From IMG/VR virus record IMGVR_UViG_3300032665_000006, positions 1 to 64,000 of that record: a stretch of DNA of 64,000 bases; one strand, 5' to 3'. Numbering within the stretch: position 1 is the first letter of the stretch; each line of letters opens with the position of its first letter. The translations under genes and the position numbers were made by a program. This document shows positions 41,701 through 51,536 of the stretch, one piece after another. The notes beneath the pieces were generated by a model, which was not told the origin of the DNA, ran no database searches, and saw only the letters and a list, made by a program, of their open reading frames with translations. The DNA comes from a virus.

Positions 41701-44700
41701 TACAACTACAGAGTGGGATGGCCAACTTAATGCTCAAGGTTTCATACTTAACTTAAACAATGTTCAGGAATGGCAACAATATCACAAGTATACTAAAGGC
41801 GAAATTGTATTGTATAAAAATACATATTGGCAAGCTATTGATATTAGTGAACCTCAGGAAACATTTAACTATGCTGATTGGGTTAAGAGTGATTACCAAG
41901 CTATTGATAATGGATTATTACCTAACTTAGCTAATAAAGCTGATCAATTAGTTGATACTTATAATGTATACACCGCTAATTTAACTAGCGACAATGATTT
42001 ATTTGCGTTTGGATTAATTGGATTCCGTCCTCGAACATATATGAGCGATATGAATCTTAATGGTGTAACACAGGTTCAAATTTATCAACAATTCCTTGGA
42101 TCAAAAGGAACATTGAAAGCGGCAGAAATTTTTAATACAGCTCAGCTTAATGGCAAAGAAAGTGGCGCTTACAATGTTTACGAAAATTGGGGCGTCTTAT
42201 CTGGCACTTATGGAGCTCAAGCTAACAAGAGTTATTTTGAGATTCAATTAAATCAAGCATTATTGCCTTATAATCCATCGACTATACAAATTATTAATCC
42301 TGGACAAACAAGTCAAGCAAATCAAGCAGTATATTTGAATAATTTATGGAGAGAAAGTTACAATATTACATCTCCTGATATTTTGCCAACAACATACGAA
42401 AATAGTAGCTTATCGTCAGCACTTCCTAGTGCCGGTTATGTATGCTTAGATGATGTTGATGTTACAGTATTCAGTCTTGAAGATCCTTCTGCTATTAGTG
42501 CGGATATTAATAATATTGGTATTGGAACTTATATTTGGATTGCCAAGATTAATAGTTATGACTGGGGTGTATACCGAGTAGCAAGCGTCCCTGGTCAAAT
42601 GATTCAATTAACAGATAACCTTGATGGCACTAGTATTGTTCAATTTAATGCGGCGCATAACTTGTCAGTTGCTGATTTAATTATTATCAAATATTTTAAT
42701 GTTGGAGCAAATGGTGTATATCGAGTATTAAGTGTGCCAACACCAACAACATTAACAATCGCATTTTCGTTTACAAATACTAATGTAACAACAATTAGCG
42801 GTAACGGATTAGTATTCCATTTACAAAGTGCTCGTGTAAGTCAAGCTAGTGATATAGCTTCATTACCTTATGTTAATAGCTTAGTACCTGGCGCTATTGC
42901 TTGGATTGATAATAATGGCGACGGCCACTGGGAAACGGTACAAAAACAAACACCTTTTACAACAAGCTCGACTATTGCTCCAGGATTAGTTGCTTCTAAT
43001 CAGTACGGTGCTAGTATAGCACAGACACAAAATAACTTTGCGGCTTTAGTTGGCGCTCCAACAGGAGAAGCTGGAGCGGGCTCAGTATTAACTTACTTCA
43101 AGAGTGTAATAAATGATTATCAATTTGGAACTACACTAAGTCTTGGCGTTCCAGAAACTAGTAATTTTGGCAATATGCTAGCTTTTGGAAATTCTAACTG
43201 GGCTATCGCTGGTGCTAACACTAGTATGTCAGGCACAGGCTATGCGGCAGTAATATATAGAGATTCAGCTTTAAATTCTATGGCAATAGCACAGATTCTT
43301 GTGCCACCAGATTTAAATTTTGGAGCTATTGGTTTTGGAACCTCGGGTGCTATCAGTCTTGACGAAAAGTGGTTGTATGTTGGTGCACCAGGTGCCAATA
43401 CAGTTTACGCATATGAAAAAATTGAAGTAGAAATTCAAACTGTTGCGTATACAGTTGAAAATAATGCGTTAGTTTATCAATATTCAAACGAGATACAAGT
43501 TAATTCGCAATATCCAGGTCAAATGATTGTTACATTGAGCGGATTTAAATTAACACCTGGTGTAGATTATACATTAAATCAAAATAATTTAATATTCACA
43601 GCTCCGCCAACAAACGGACAAAAATTAGTAATGACTCGCAATCTAGAAACTCAGCTAGATGATTACTATTACTATGGTGTACAACAAAATTCTACCTCCG
43701 GCACTGGAGTAGGAGCGGTATTCACAGTTGAAAATACTCGCGGCGAATACTATGTTACTTTAGCAGATGGCGGATCTAGTTATCGCGTTAACGATACACT
43801 TACAATCGATGGCACTCAAATTGGCGGCACCGCCCCTGCTAATAATTTAGTAATTACAGTAACCGCTAAAAATACACTAGGTCAAATAACTGGCTTCTCT
43901 TATATTGGCAATGGCCCAAGTAATACTAACAATTTTGCTTTAAATCAATATTTGTACAATGCTACTTCTATTAGTAGTTTTGTTGTTAAGGTAAATGGAG
44001 TAATTCAGCGTCCATATATAGATTATACATTTGACAATAATACAACCGTATTAACCTTTGTAACAATTCCTGGCTTAGGCGCTAAAATTAATGTAATAAC
44101 ATCAACATACTGGCAGTATGTTACAAATATTACTTCATCATCTTCAATATCTGGTGATATGTTTGGTGCTAGCGTAACAACTACTACTGATGGCCGTCAA
44201 ATAATAGTTGGCGCCCCAAATGCTGATATAAATGGAGCAACAGACGCTGGCGTAGTATATGTATTTGACCGTAGTGTTATTCGTTATATTGTATCAAACC
44301 CAGCACAAATGACATATACTGTTCCTGGTAATGTTACTGGTCCTGTGGCAGTAAGTGTTAATGAAACTTTCTTGTTGACAACAGCACAAGCCGTATTAGG
44401 ACAATTTACAGTTAACGGCAATAATATTGTATTCTCTAATATAGAATTTAATTACGGCGATATAATTGAAATTGAAACTAATCAAATAGTTCAAATTCAA
44501 GAATTAGTTAGCGATACAGTAGATGCCGAAGCTAATTACGGATTAGCACTCGATGCTTGTCCGTTAAATTGTAGTTTATATATTGGCGCACCGTTTGATA
44601 GCACACATTTATTAGATGCTGGCTCGGTAGATCATCAAGTAAATCAATCTAGAGTCTACGGAGTTACAACATCAACGATTGCTAATCCAACTTTATTTGG

Positions 44701-47700
44701 CACAGGAACTTTGCGTATTAATGATACGGTAGTAACAGTGCCGGTAGCGCCAAATAACACAGTTGTTGGATTTGCGGCCGCTATCAATGCTGCTCGTATT
44801 CCTAATGTAGTAGCACAAGTAACATCTGATTTAGAATTTATTACAGATGGCACTACTAAAGTATTTAATATTGGCACTTTGTATGCTGATGCGAGTTCTT
44901 ATACTACTGTAGTTTATCTTGATAACATATTACAAACTGTTGGTGGAGATTATTCTTATGATCCAACAACACAAAACATTTATTTTGTTTATGCGCCAAC
45001 GCCTGGAAGAGTTGTAACAGTAGTATCTGGTCGTTTAACTATTTCTGTACAAAATGCTACCGCTGGAAATGCTAATAATTTAATTACTGTATTGCCAGGG
45101 CCAGTTAATTCAGTGTTTACACAGTTAGGATTTGATACTTTTGTATTCACACAACAAATTTTAAGCCCATTACCAGTAACTAATGGACAATTTGGAGCAA
45201 GTTTAAGTATTGATAGTAGTGCGGTTAATTTAATTGTTGGCTCTCCTAACGGTAACATTTACGAACCAACAACATTTGATGCTGGCCAAACATACTTCGA
45301 TGAACATAGTACTACATTCTACAACCCAGTTAACAATGGCGGCGTAGCATATACCTATGATTTCTTCCCAAGTAGTACTAATAATATCAATAATCCTGGA
45401 CAATTTGCGTTCGGCCAACAAATTTATAACAGTATTACTCAAACAGGAGACCATTTTGGAACTTCTGTTAACTATACTACTGGCAAATTAATGGTTGGTG
45501 CTACTGGTGGCACAATCGAAAACACAAGTTCTGCTGGTTATGTTACAGTATTTGATAATTTAGCAGACACACCAGCATGGGCACCGATACGCACACAACA
45601 ACCAGTAGTTGATGTATATGCTATTGATGGCGTATTCAGTTATAACGGCGGACAAGCAATAGGTGTAAATGTTACAGCTACTGGCGAAACACAAACATAT
45701 TTTGATTTCTTTGATCCATTACAAGGTAAAATCCTTGGGGTTGCTCGTAGAAACATTGATTATATTGGCGCAGTTGATCCTGCTCAGTATAATCAAGGCA
45801 CAGTTCATAACAACGGCCAGCAATGGGGTAGTGAACATATTGGCCAAATGTGGTGGGATACTGATACTGTAAGATTTATTGATCCTAACCAAGATGACAT
45901 AGTATATGCTAGTCGTCGTTGGGGCACAACCTTCCCAGGAAGTAGTGTAGACATTTATCAATGGGTAGAAAGTACCAACCCTCCAGCTAGTTATTCTGGT
46001 CAAGGAACTCCGTTAAGCTCAACAAGTTATTGCGTAGCATCACAATTAGGCACAAATAATATCTTTACTACATTATATTATTTCTGGGTTAAAGGTATTA
46101 CTACTATAGCATCTGGTGCTGGCAAAACATTAAGTTCTAGCGGCGTATCTAATTATATTTTAGATCCTCGTAGTAGCGGATTACCTTATATTGCTGGGCT
46201 TAATGCTTCGACTATAGCAATTTATAATGCCCAAAGTTTATTAAACGCAACTAATACTATTTTAAGTGTTGGTTTTGACCGTCAACTTAATGATGCGGTA
46301 ATACACCAAGAGTATCAGATTATTAAAGATGGTATTGCTAAATCTTTCTTAAACCCACAGCTATATCGTAAATTGTTAGATAGCTTCTGTGGAGTAGACA
46401 CAGCCGGCCACGCAGTACCAGATCCAACATTAAGCCTAGGAATGCAATTTGGAGTACAATTCCGTCCTCGTCAAAGTATGTTTGCTGACAGATTTACGGC
46501 TTTAGAAAACTATTTAGGCCGTGCCAATAATGTATTAGCACAATTCCCTATTACTGAAACTCGTAGTTTCAACTTATTAAATGCTTCGGAACCAACTCCA
46601 GCCGCAAATAGTGGTGCTTGGAATTTTGAAGTAGCTAATTTGGAAATTTTAGGTTATCAAAATCTTAACATTGTGCCGGTTGGCTACAAGTATCTTGTGT
46701 TGTCCGATAGTAGTCAAGCAGGCTTATGGACAATTTATGAAGTACAAGCCGATAAAACATTAGCGTTGATACAAGTACAAAGTTATAATACTCCATCTTA
46801 CTGGTATTATATCAATTGGTACTTGCCTGGATATAATTCTACAGTTGCGCCAGTCGCAGCAGTACAAAATTATGGACAGTTATCAACATTGACTTATGCT
46901 CAAGCACCTGTTGGCTCATCAGTTCGTGTTATTACTAACGGTTCTGGTAAATGGGAAATTTATTTGCGTACAGGATTAAATCCTGTTACTGATTGGCAAC
47001 GAGTAGGATTAGAAGACGGCACAATAGCATTTGCTGAAGATTTATGGAATTACTCAGTTGGTAACTTTGGATTTGATTCTCAAGTATTTGATTCTCAATA
47101 CTTTGACGAAACACCACAAACTGAAACTCGTTATATTATTCGTGCGTTAAATGAAGAAATTTATATCGACGAATTACAAATAGAGCGTAATAGTAGTTTA
47201 ATCTTAGTCTTTAATTATGTTTACAGTGAATTTACAGATCCATCGTGGTTAATTAAAACGAGTTATGTCGATGTAAATCACAATATTCGTTCTTTATTGC
47301 CGTACCAAACATACTTGTCTGATAATCAAGACTTTGTATTAAATTATTTCCAAGAAGTTAAACCTTACCATGTCCAAGTTCGACAATTTAATTTAATATA
47401 CACCGGCGAAGATGATTTCTTAGGCGATATTACTGATTATGATTTGCCAGCTTATTGGAATTCTACTTTAGAGGTTCCTCAGTTTGTTAGTCCAATATTA
47501 ACTCCTTATACAGAAGCAGTTACAACTAATTACTCAACTGTAAGTGATACTCCGCCTAACGCACAAATTTGGCAATCACCAAGTTTATATAGTCAATGGT
47601 TTGAAAATTATTTCCTAACTGTTGAAAAAGCTGTAATTGTTAAGAGTGGAGCAGGATACACTTCTGCGCCTGTTGTTACTGTAACTGGTACTTGTGTAAC

Positions 47701-50700
47701 ACCGGCTGTGATGACAGCAATTATTAATTCAACTGGACAAGTAATTGGAATTACCGTAGTAAATCCTGGATCAGGTTACACAACCGATGCTACTATTACA
47801 ATCAGTGGTGGTGGCTTACCGGGCGATCCAACTACATGGGTGGCAAATTTAGCAGTAAATTCAAACGCATCTATTATTACATCTTGGAATAATATCTATC
47901 AAGTTGTTACTGGCGGCAATTTAGGAAATATTGAACCTATTGGAACAGGAACAGTAGTCAACGGAAGTGCTACATTAGAGTTTGTTGGGCAAATAGCACA
48001 AGCAGTATCAATAATGGGTAATCCATTAGTTCGTTCCTTTAATGTTACATTAAAATATGACCGTTATGAATATCAGTCAACTATTATTGATTGGGAAGCT
48101 AACACAACTTATGAAAATGGCACTCAGGTTCGATATGACAATATAGTATGGAGTGCTAACGGCACCGGTGGATCAGTAACAAATTCTGTATTTGATCCAA
48201 CACAATGGACAAAAGTTGATGCTAACTTGTTGAGCGGCGTAAATCGCACAATGGGTTATTATGTTAGTACTGTAAACAATCCTGGTTTATCGTTACCGTT
48301 ATTAATTGATGGCATAGATTATCCAGGCGTTCAAGTAGCAGCATTAACATTTGAGCAAGATACTGGATATGACCGCGGAAGTTTTGACATTAACCCATTT
48401 GATAATATTTCTTACGATCCTAATGGTCAACCAACTTACGATTTAGGCTTATTAGATACAATATTTGAAAGTAGCTATTTAGATCCGTACTTAGGAACTC
48501 GTCCAACTTCAATCAATGTAGATGGCGGCAAGTATGTTGACGCATTTGAAAGTCACGCACCAGAAGAATTAGTGCCAGGCATTGAATTTGACACCTTAGA
48601 TATGCGTGTTTATACAACACCGGGTGCTGACTGGCAGGGCCTTGGACATGGCTTTCCACAAGCAGTAAAACAAATTATATACAACAGTAGTAGTCCAACT
48701 ACAAGTTTTGCTGGATTATTCCCATATCCATTTGATATAGAAATTACTGATGCTACACAAGGTTACGATTTATCCGAAGGCGTAGATTATACTGTTGATT
48801 GGCCAAACCAAACCTTTACTATTAATACATCTTCAAGATTAATAGCTAACGGCGACCAATTAGGTATATATGTGTATGAATTAGGCGGCGGAAACCAAGT
48901 TTATAAGAATGTTTATAACGGTGCTGATGTAGGAAATACTATTATTGTTCCTGTAGCATACTATCAAGCAGACGGGACCACACCAGCAATCCAAGAATTT
49001 GTTATATTTGTTAATGGAAATTATTTAAATAATACCAATTACACTTATGCGTATAATTCATTTAGCACAACTCGTTTAAAATTTACAACAACATATACAT
49101 CAACTGACTTTATAAGTTTAGTAGTAATTGAGCCTACAACTATCAATGATGTAACTACTGATTATAGTTGGAGTTTACCAGTATCTCAAGAAATTACAGT
49201 AACAGCAACAGGGCAACTTGTATATTCATTGAATCCAGCATTTAGTTTATCTTACACAAATGCTGTTAATGCTATAGTTACAGTTGGCGGTATTACTGCT
49301 ATTGGTGCCGCAGGCGTTCCTTATGTAGGCGATGGTACAACAACTACATTTGAGTTCCCACAACGACTTAATGTTGATCCTACAACTATTCCAAGCGGTA
49401 ATGTGTTAGTTTATCTTGCTGGAACTTATATTCTGCCGTTTAACTATTCAATAACCACTAGTGGCGGTAATGCGTATGTACAATTTAATACAGCTCCAAC
49501 TGCTGGCGCAGAAATATACATAGCAACAAATATTTCTGCTCAGTATATTATTGATCCAATTGCTCAAACTTTAACTTTTGTATCAGGCGCAGGCATCATT
49601 CCGCGAGCTGGACAATTAATTTCAGTAACAACATTCAATGATACTCGTGAACAAAGATTATCAACTCAAATTTTCTATGGTCCTGTTACCGAAGGTGTAG
49701 CTGTTTATGAAGCATTTGATTCAACAGATTTTGATAATCCGCCTGGCGCTCCATCATCAGATCCTGGCGAATACGATGCTACCGTAGGTGAAGTTGTTTA
49801 TGTTAATGATTTAGTATTATATCAATCTTATAAAGACATTGCTCGCCCTTGGGTATCACTGAATGGTAAAACATTAACTGCTTATTTAGATTATACTATT
49901 GATGGCAATGTATTGAATTTAAACAATCGTGTTTTACAAACTACTGATGTGTTAGTAGTAACCAATGTAACAAGTTCAGTAGTTCCAGAAACTATGGAAT
50001 TCCGTATATTCCAAGATATGCGCGGAGTTCAAGCAACATATCGTATGACTCCTGCTACAACTACATCAGTAACTCAACCGGTAACATCAACTGATGATAT
50101 TATTCATGTTGCCGACGCCGGTGCGTTAACTATTCCAAACTTTGCTGCTAATGTTTGGGGTGTAGTAACAATCGATGGCGAGCGCATTATGTATCGAGAT
50201 ATTGATTTATCAACTAATACTATTTCTAGTTTACTTCGTGGCACAGCTGGAACGGCTGCTGCTCCTCACGCAGTTGGCGCATTAGTATATGATATGGGCC
50301 GTGGTAACTTAATGCCAGAAGAATTCCAAAATTATGTTCAAAGTAATTATTTCTTAGGCGATAGTACAACTAATGTGTTTGTTACAGATATCAATCTTAA
50401 CAATGCTAATGATTGGACTGGCTCTATCCCTTACGATAGTACCCTTTATTCGACTACTGGCCCAGATGGCGAGTACGATCCAGGCATGGGTAGCAACATA
50501 GAAGCAGTAGAAGTTTATTTAGGCGGCGAATTACAAACTAGTGGATACGGCATAACTAACACAGATACTGTAACAGTAGCATTTGAAACTCCGCCAGCAG
50601 ACGGCGAAGGGGTTACTATATTAGTACGGCGTGGGGTAACTTGGTATGCTCAGGGAGCAGGCACACCGTCTAATGGGGTTCCTTTACAGGAAACTAATAC

Positions 50701-50734
50701 TCCTGCGGCGCTCTTTTTAAGGGGTATAAATTAA
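35720..50734 (+). CDS. Giant (5004 aa) baseplate wedge/adhesin protein in the gp7 position
   Basis: Follows gp6 with TAATG overlap; FLPEIFQT start, EVKPYH motif, FG-GAP-like repeats, beta-rich modules, FDxxxFD motifs. Confidence 0.85.
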   Translation: MAAKIRSVDFLPEIFQTPVNKQFLDATLDQLIQEPKYKQTQGYIGQKVGPGVNPADNYVVEPTKVRNDYQLEPGIVSLSPTTSKIDDVITYPGIIDALSTQGGITNQADRLFESEYYSWDPFVDFDKLNNYAQYYWVPNGPDLVTVAPTAIPTEQTFTVTRTNGAYTFSGYTGNNPELTLVRNGSYNFVIAQTDPVTVQYRVTNNGSSSWAINYQPNPTLTLVRGNTYIFNLIQTANYAFYIKTQESYGTTNLWTEGVTNGGAAQGQVTFTVPQDAPDTLYYCNDLEFNLRGQLNIIDASAGTGPEFWIQTEPGVDGRLPWSPNISDRDVLGVVNNGIDLGTVTFNVPDVNAQNFYYSMPYIGYPTSTTGKVDLICSSFTYDQLNGVSVQQFLTNNPQGIDGITNLNSRTLIFTTQSSDPDSGGWYNVTPFDPLQPSDNNQTGAFDTTAFAEATPITDPSIQFSLWQIQYVNDVNGVPFIKLNSILSISDLTQFSVAYGAQYINTQWYKNAEGFFTQMPLLTAALPQLYYQDSIDPSIFGVINLIEGNTNNNVPPLSITNITSTGTSVTLTFAAQQTAPYSIGSTIIVSEVNPAQYNGDYVVTGCTTSTVTYSSTVTESYVNSGTINAISINAFINVDTDILGKTNYVSPNGVTFTNGLKIVFEGTVYPSSYVGNTYYVQGVGSSIVLVPETSLVVPETYAVEIDGEPVVPDYMTINMASQDLNPWSRSNRWFHIDVIDAAAAYNDIVPDFTNVQRANRPILEFRAGTKLFNFGTQGLPAINIIDFTQTNALLNVNGQPSYGVDGYNLVDGSLVIFAADSNPEVANQIYQVNFVVVDPEVSTVPIIDLTPTSYSPALANQTTVCLNGNTLTGQSFYYNGVSWSPPQNPWIISSSTQPANTTPVVQSYATQVLAEGLNATQQKSTVNQPPLFDVYDINGYSFGDIEKYPSTNFTGCKLLSYAENPDNPADAVLGIPLAFFSIDNIGDILFDNNLYNDTFIYTPSGTGTTVNVSSGFVYQYSDRIAFTPEIGWQTAAIPSLPRQQFQFSYAGVPLQLDIAVETSLDVPAVQVFVNNVYQVPSIYTLSVNTTTNVSTITLNGTYVTGDIIEILAYSSQVSAQGFYEVPINLENNPFNGNSKQFSLGTIRNHYGTICENLVDLQGPINGRNNTRDLGDIVPFGQLILQQSSPLTLAGYFLRSPNYDIFAALEYNSREYIKYKNKLLTAVTQLNLNGTETVSQILDLGVRNITQSLTSSDPFYWSDMLPVGTNYTSSTTVVNPITTATFNTIQTYDFTSSNYLGLLVYVNNVLLVRNSQYVVSPDAPKLTILIPLNVGDVVTINEYPTTVASWCPNTPSKMGLYPKYTPSIFVDETYSEPTVVIQGHDGSITIAFGDIRDQVLLEFEKRIYDNIKVDDNPIPLTTDEVDPDFYPAQTTALLPGFFRKTPYSYEEVNQIMSEDFLTWVGQNKVDYTQQNYVADNPFTYNYIQAANRIDGTEFLQGNWRGIYRYFYDTETPNTTPWEMVGFSEEPAWWITRYGPAPYTDGNTVLWDDMELGLVADPTGPYVLPEYARPGLSEIIPAGSEGELLPPFESVMGKNDPYGFQQSWVAGDGGPVQASWWKSSSYPFAIMRLLALTKPAQFFSLFADRDLYRYNTTLGQYLMNNRYRLDASGVQVYGNGVSKASYINWIVDYNQQTGINSTTALTEDLANLDVRLCYRMASFSDPVYVQLFTERAGPNSTNNSLLIPPTSYDLLFYKNQPFNQITYSSVIVQVEELEGGGIGYSVFGYSNVQPYFEILVSSPVGLYQTISAGDITVQVPSQYTANVKQIPYGYVFTSPASVCDFLLGYGAWLTSQGLVFDDIYNGYTLDWKQMAQEFLYFGAQGWQAGTMINLNPCATTIKASQPISIVDTIASVTPENMLLDQNRFVLDVRTMVVNRNGNEFSVTTTNGQTINYLTLKFTNYEDMIVLNNTSQYNDLIYDPITAARQVRLSLIASTTTEWDGQLNAQGFILNLNNVQEWQQYHKYTKGEIVLYKNTYWQAIDISEPQETFNYADWVKSDYQAIDNGLLPNLANKADQLVDTYNVYTANLTSDNDLFAFGLIGFRPRTYMSDMNLNGVTQVQIYQQFLGSKGTLKAAEIFNTAQLNGKESGAYNVYENWGVLSGTYGAQANKSYFEIQLNQALLPYNPSTIQIINPGQTSQANQAVYLNNLWRESYNITSPDILPTTYENSSLSSALPSAGYVCLDDVDVTVFSLEDPSAISADINNIGIGTYIWIAKINSYDWGVYRVASVPGQMIQLTDNLDGTSIVQFNAAHNLSVADLIIIKYFNVGANGVYRVLSVPTPTTLTIAFSFTNTNVTTISGNGLVFHLQSARVSQASDIASLPYVNSLVPGAIAWIDNNGDGHWETVQKQTPFTTSSTIAPGLVASNQYGASIAQTQNNFAALVGAPTGEAGAGSVLTYFKSVINDYQFGTTLSLGVPETSNFGNMLAFGNSNWAIAGANTSMSGTGYAAVIYRDSALNSMAIAQILVPPDLNFGAIGFGTSGAISLDEKWLYVGAPGANTVYAYEKIEVEIQTVAYTVENNALVYQYSNEIQVNSQYPGQMIVTLSGFKLTPGVDYTLNQNNLIFTAPPTNGQKLVMTRNLETQLDDYYYYGVQQNSTSGTGVGAVFTVENTRGEYYVTLADGGSSYRVNDTLTIDGTQIGGTAPANNLVITVTAKNTLGQITGFSYIGNGPSNTNNFALNQYLYNATSISSFVVKVNGVIQRPYIDYTFDNNTTVLTFVTIPGLGAKINVITSTYWQYVTNITSSSSISGDMFGASVTTTTDGRQIIVGAPNADINGATDAGVVYVFDRSVIRYIVSNPAQMTYTVPGNVTGPVAVSVNETFLLTTAQAVLGQFTVNGNNIVFSNIEFNYGDIIEIETNQIVQIQELVSDTVDAEANYGLALDACPLNCSLYIGAPFDSTHLLDAGSVDHQVNQSRVYGVTTSTIANPTLFGTGTLRINDTVVTVPVAPNNTVVGFAAAINAARIPNVVAQVTSDLEFITDGTTKVFNIGTLYADASSYTTVVYLDNILQTVGGDYSYDPTTQNIYFVYAPTPGRVVTVVSGRLTISVQNATAGNANNLITVLPGPVNSVFTQLGFDTFVFTQQILSPLPVTNGQFGASLSIDSSAVNLIVGSPNGNIYEPTTFDAGQTYFDEHSTTFYNPVNNGGVAYTYDFFPSSTNNINNPGQFAFGQQIYNSITQTGDHFGTSVNYTTGKLMVGATGGTIENTSSAGYVTVFDNLADTPAWAPIRTQQPVVDVYAIDGVFSYNGGQAIGVNVTATGETQTYFDFFDPLQGKILGVARRNIDYIGAVDPAQYNQGTVHNNGQQWGSEHIGQMWWDTDTVRFIDPNQDDIVYASRRWGTTFPGSSVDIYQWVESTNPPASYSGQGTPLSSTSYCVASQLGTNNIFTTLYYFWVKGITTIASGAGKTLSSSGVSNYILDPRSSGLPYIAGLNASTIAIYNAQSLLNATNTILSVGFDRQLNDAVIHQEYQIIKDGIAKSFLNPQLYRKLLDSFCGVDTAGHAVPDPTLSLGMQFGVQFRPRQSMFADRFTALENYLGRANNVLAQFPITETRSFNLLNASEPTPAANSGAWNFEVANLEILGYQNLNIVPVGYKYLVLSDSSQAGLWTIYEVQADKTLALIQVQSYNTPSYWYYINWYLPGYNSTVAPVAAVQNYGQLSTLTYAQAPVGSSVRVITNGSGKWEIYLRTGLNPVTDWQRVGLEDGTIAFAEDLWNYSVGNFGFDSQVFDSQYFDETPQTETRYIIRALNEEIYIDELQIERNSSLILVFNYVYSEFTDPSWLIKTSYVDVNHNIRSLLPYQTYLSDNQDFVLNYFQEVKPYHVQVRQFNLIYTGEDDFLGDITDYDLPAYWNSTLEVPQFVSPILTPYTEAVTTNYSTVSDTPPNAQIWQSPSLYSQWFENYFLTVEKAVIVKSGAGYTSAPVVTVTGTCVTPAVMTAIINSTGQVIGITVVNPGSGYTTDATITISGGGLPGDPTTWVANLAVNSNASIITSWNNIYQVVTGGNLGNIEPIGTGTVVNGSATLEFVGQIAQAVSIMGNPLVRSFNVTLKYDRYEYQSTIIDWEANTTYENGTQVRYDNIVWSANGTGGSVTNSVFDPTQWTKVDANLLSGVNRTMGYYVSTVNNPGLSLPLLIDGIDYPGVQVAALTFEQDTGYDRGSFDINPFDNISYDPNGQPTYDLGLLDTIFESSYLDPYLGTRPTSINVDGGKYVDAFESHAPEELVPGIEFDTLDMRVYTTPGADWQGLGHGFPQAVKQIIYNSSSPTTSFAGLFPYPFDIEITDATQGYDLSEGVDYTVDWPNQTFTINTSSRLIANGDQLGIYVYELGGGNQVYKNVYNGADVGNTIIVPVAYYQADGTTPAIQEFVIFVNGNYLNNTNYTYAYNSFSTTRLKFTTTYTSTDFISLVVIEPTTINDVTTDYSWSLPVSQEITVTATGQLVYSLNPAFSLSYTNAVNAIVTVGGITAIGAAGVPYVGDGTTTTFEFPQRLNVDPTTIPSGNVLVYLAGTYILPFNYSITTSGGNAYVQFNTAPTAGAEIYIATNISAQYIIDPIAQTLTFVSGAGIIPRAGQLISVTTFNDTREQRLSTQIFYGPVTEGVAVYEAFDSTDFDNPPGAPSSDPGEYDATVGEVVYVNDLVLYQSYKDIARPWVSLNGKTLTAYLDYTIDGNVLNLNNRVLQTTDVLVVTNVTSSVVPETMEFRIFQDMRGVQATYRMTPATTTSVTQPVTSTDDIIHVADAGALTIPNFAANVWGVVTIDGERIMYRDIDLSTNTISSLLRGTAGTAAAPHAVGALVYDMGRGNLMPEEFQNYVQSNYFLGDSTTNVFVTDINLNNANDWTGSIPYDSTLYSTTGPDGEYDPGMGSNIEAVEVYLGGELQTSGYGITNTDTVTVAFETPPADGEGVTILVRRGVTWYAQGAGTPSNGVPLQETNTPAALFLRGIN

Positions 50735-50787
50735 GGTAAATATCTATAAGGTTTACACTGGGTACGAATCATAATAAATAAAGAACG

Positions 50788-50931
50788 ATGGAAAATAAAA
50801 CACCAACACAGCAACAAGAGCAAGTTAAACCTGAAAAACGGCCTAATGATACTGGGTCAGTAACTGTAGATGGTTTTGTGAAGATTTTTGACCCAAAAAC
50901 TCGCAAAGTATTTGTGGAGCAGAAAGCATGA
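50788..50931 (+). CDS. 47-aa protein resembling the N-terminus of the next gene (absent from ORF track)
   Basis: MENKTPTQQQEQVKPEKRPNDTGSVTVDGFVKIFDPKTRKVFVEQKA; TAAATA ends 7 nt upstream; ATGA overlap with next ORF. Confidence 0.7.
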   Translation: MENKTPTQQQEQVKPEKRPNDTGSVTVDGFVKIFDPKTRKVFVEQKA

Positions 50932-51536
50932 TTATTCAACCAGGTTTAGCAAAGATAGAAGGATTTATCAAAATAACAGATCCAATCACCGGTGAAGTTT
51001 TAGTAGATAAAAAGAACGCCATCAATTACGAAAATATTTCAATTGCTATGGCTAGTACCCTTTCAAATGCCCCAACAGGCTGGATTTATACTATGGCATT
51101 TGGAAATGGCGGATCAGCAGTTGATCCTACTGGAGTTATCACATATTTGCCACCTAATGTAACTGGGCAAAATGCTAGTTTATACAATGAAACTTATGCT
51201 CAAGTAGTAGATCAAAATTCAGCCGCAAACTTAGACCCCGCTAATAACAATATGACGGTGTTGCATACCTCAGGAAACCCATATACAGACATTTTAGTAT
51301 CTTGTTTGTTAGATTATGGTCAACCTGCTGGGCAACAAGCGTTTGATAATAGCACCAATTTCAATGGAGAATATGTATTTGATGAACTAGGATTACAATG
51401 TTGGAACGGTTCTGCTACAGATTTGTTCTTAATCACCCATGTCATATTCCATCCGGTCCAGAAAAGTTTGAACCGTCAAATTCAAATTGACTACACTTTG
51501 CGGATACAAACTTTGACAAATTTAAGTGCGGCATAA
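50928..51536 (+). CDS. Baseplate structural protein (gp8 position)
   Basis: MAFGNGGS, YVFDELGL, THVIFHPVQKSLNR; GGAG RBS. Confidence 0.75.
   Translation: MIIQPGLAKIEGFIKITDPITGEVLVDKKNAINYENISIAMASTLSNAPTGWIYTMAFGNGGSAVDPTGVITYLPPNVTGQNASLYNETYAQVVDQNSAANLDPANNNMTVLHTSGNPYTDILVSCLLDYGQPAGQQAFDNSTNFNGEYVFDELGLQCWNGSATDLFLITHVIFHPVQKSLNRQIQIDYTLRIQTLTNLSAA

Noticed and set aside
33505-46003. Short alternate-frame and antisense ORFs within gp6 and the 5004-aa gene
   Set aside because: Lengths of 60-94 aa are expected by chance, and I noticed no codon-usage shift like that in gp46
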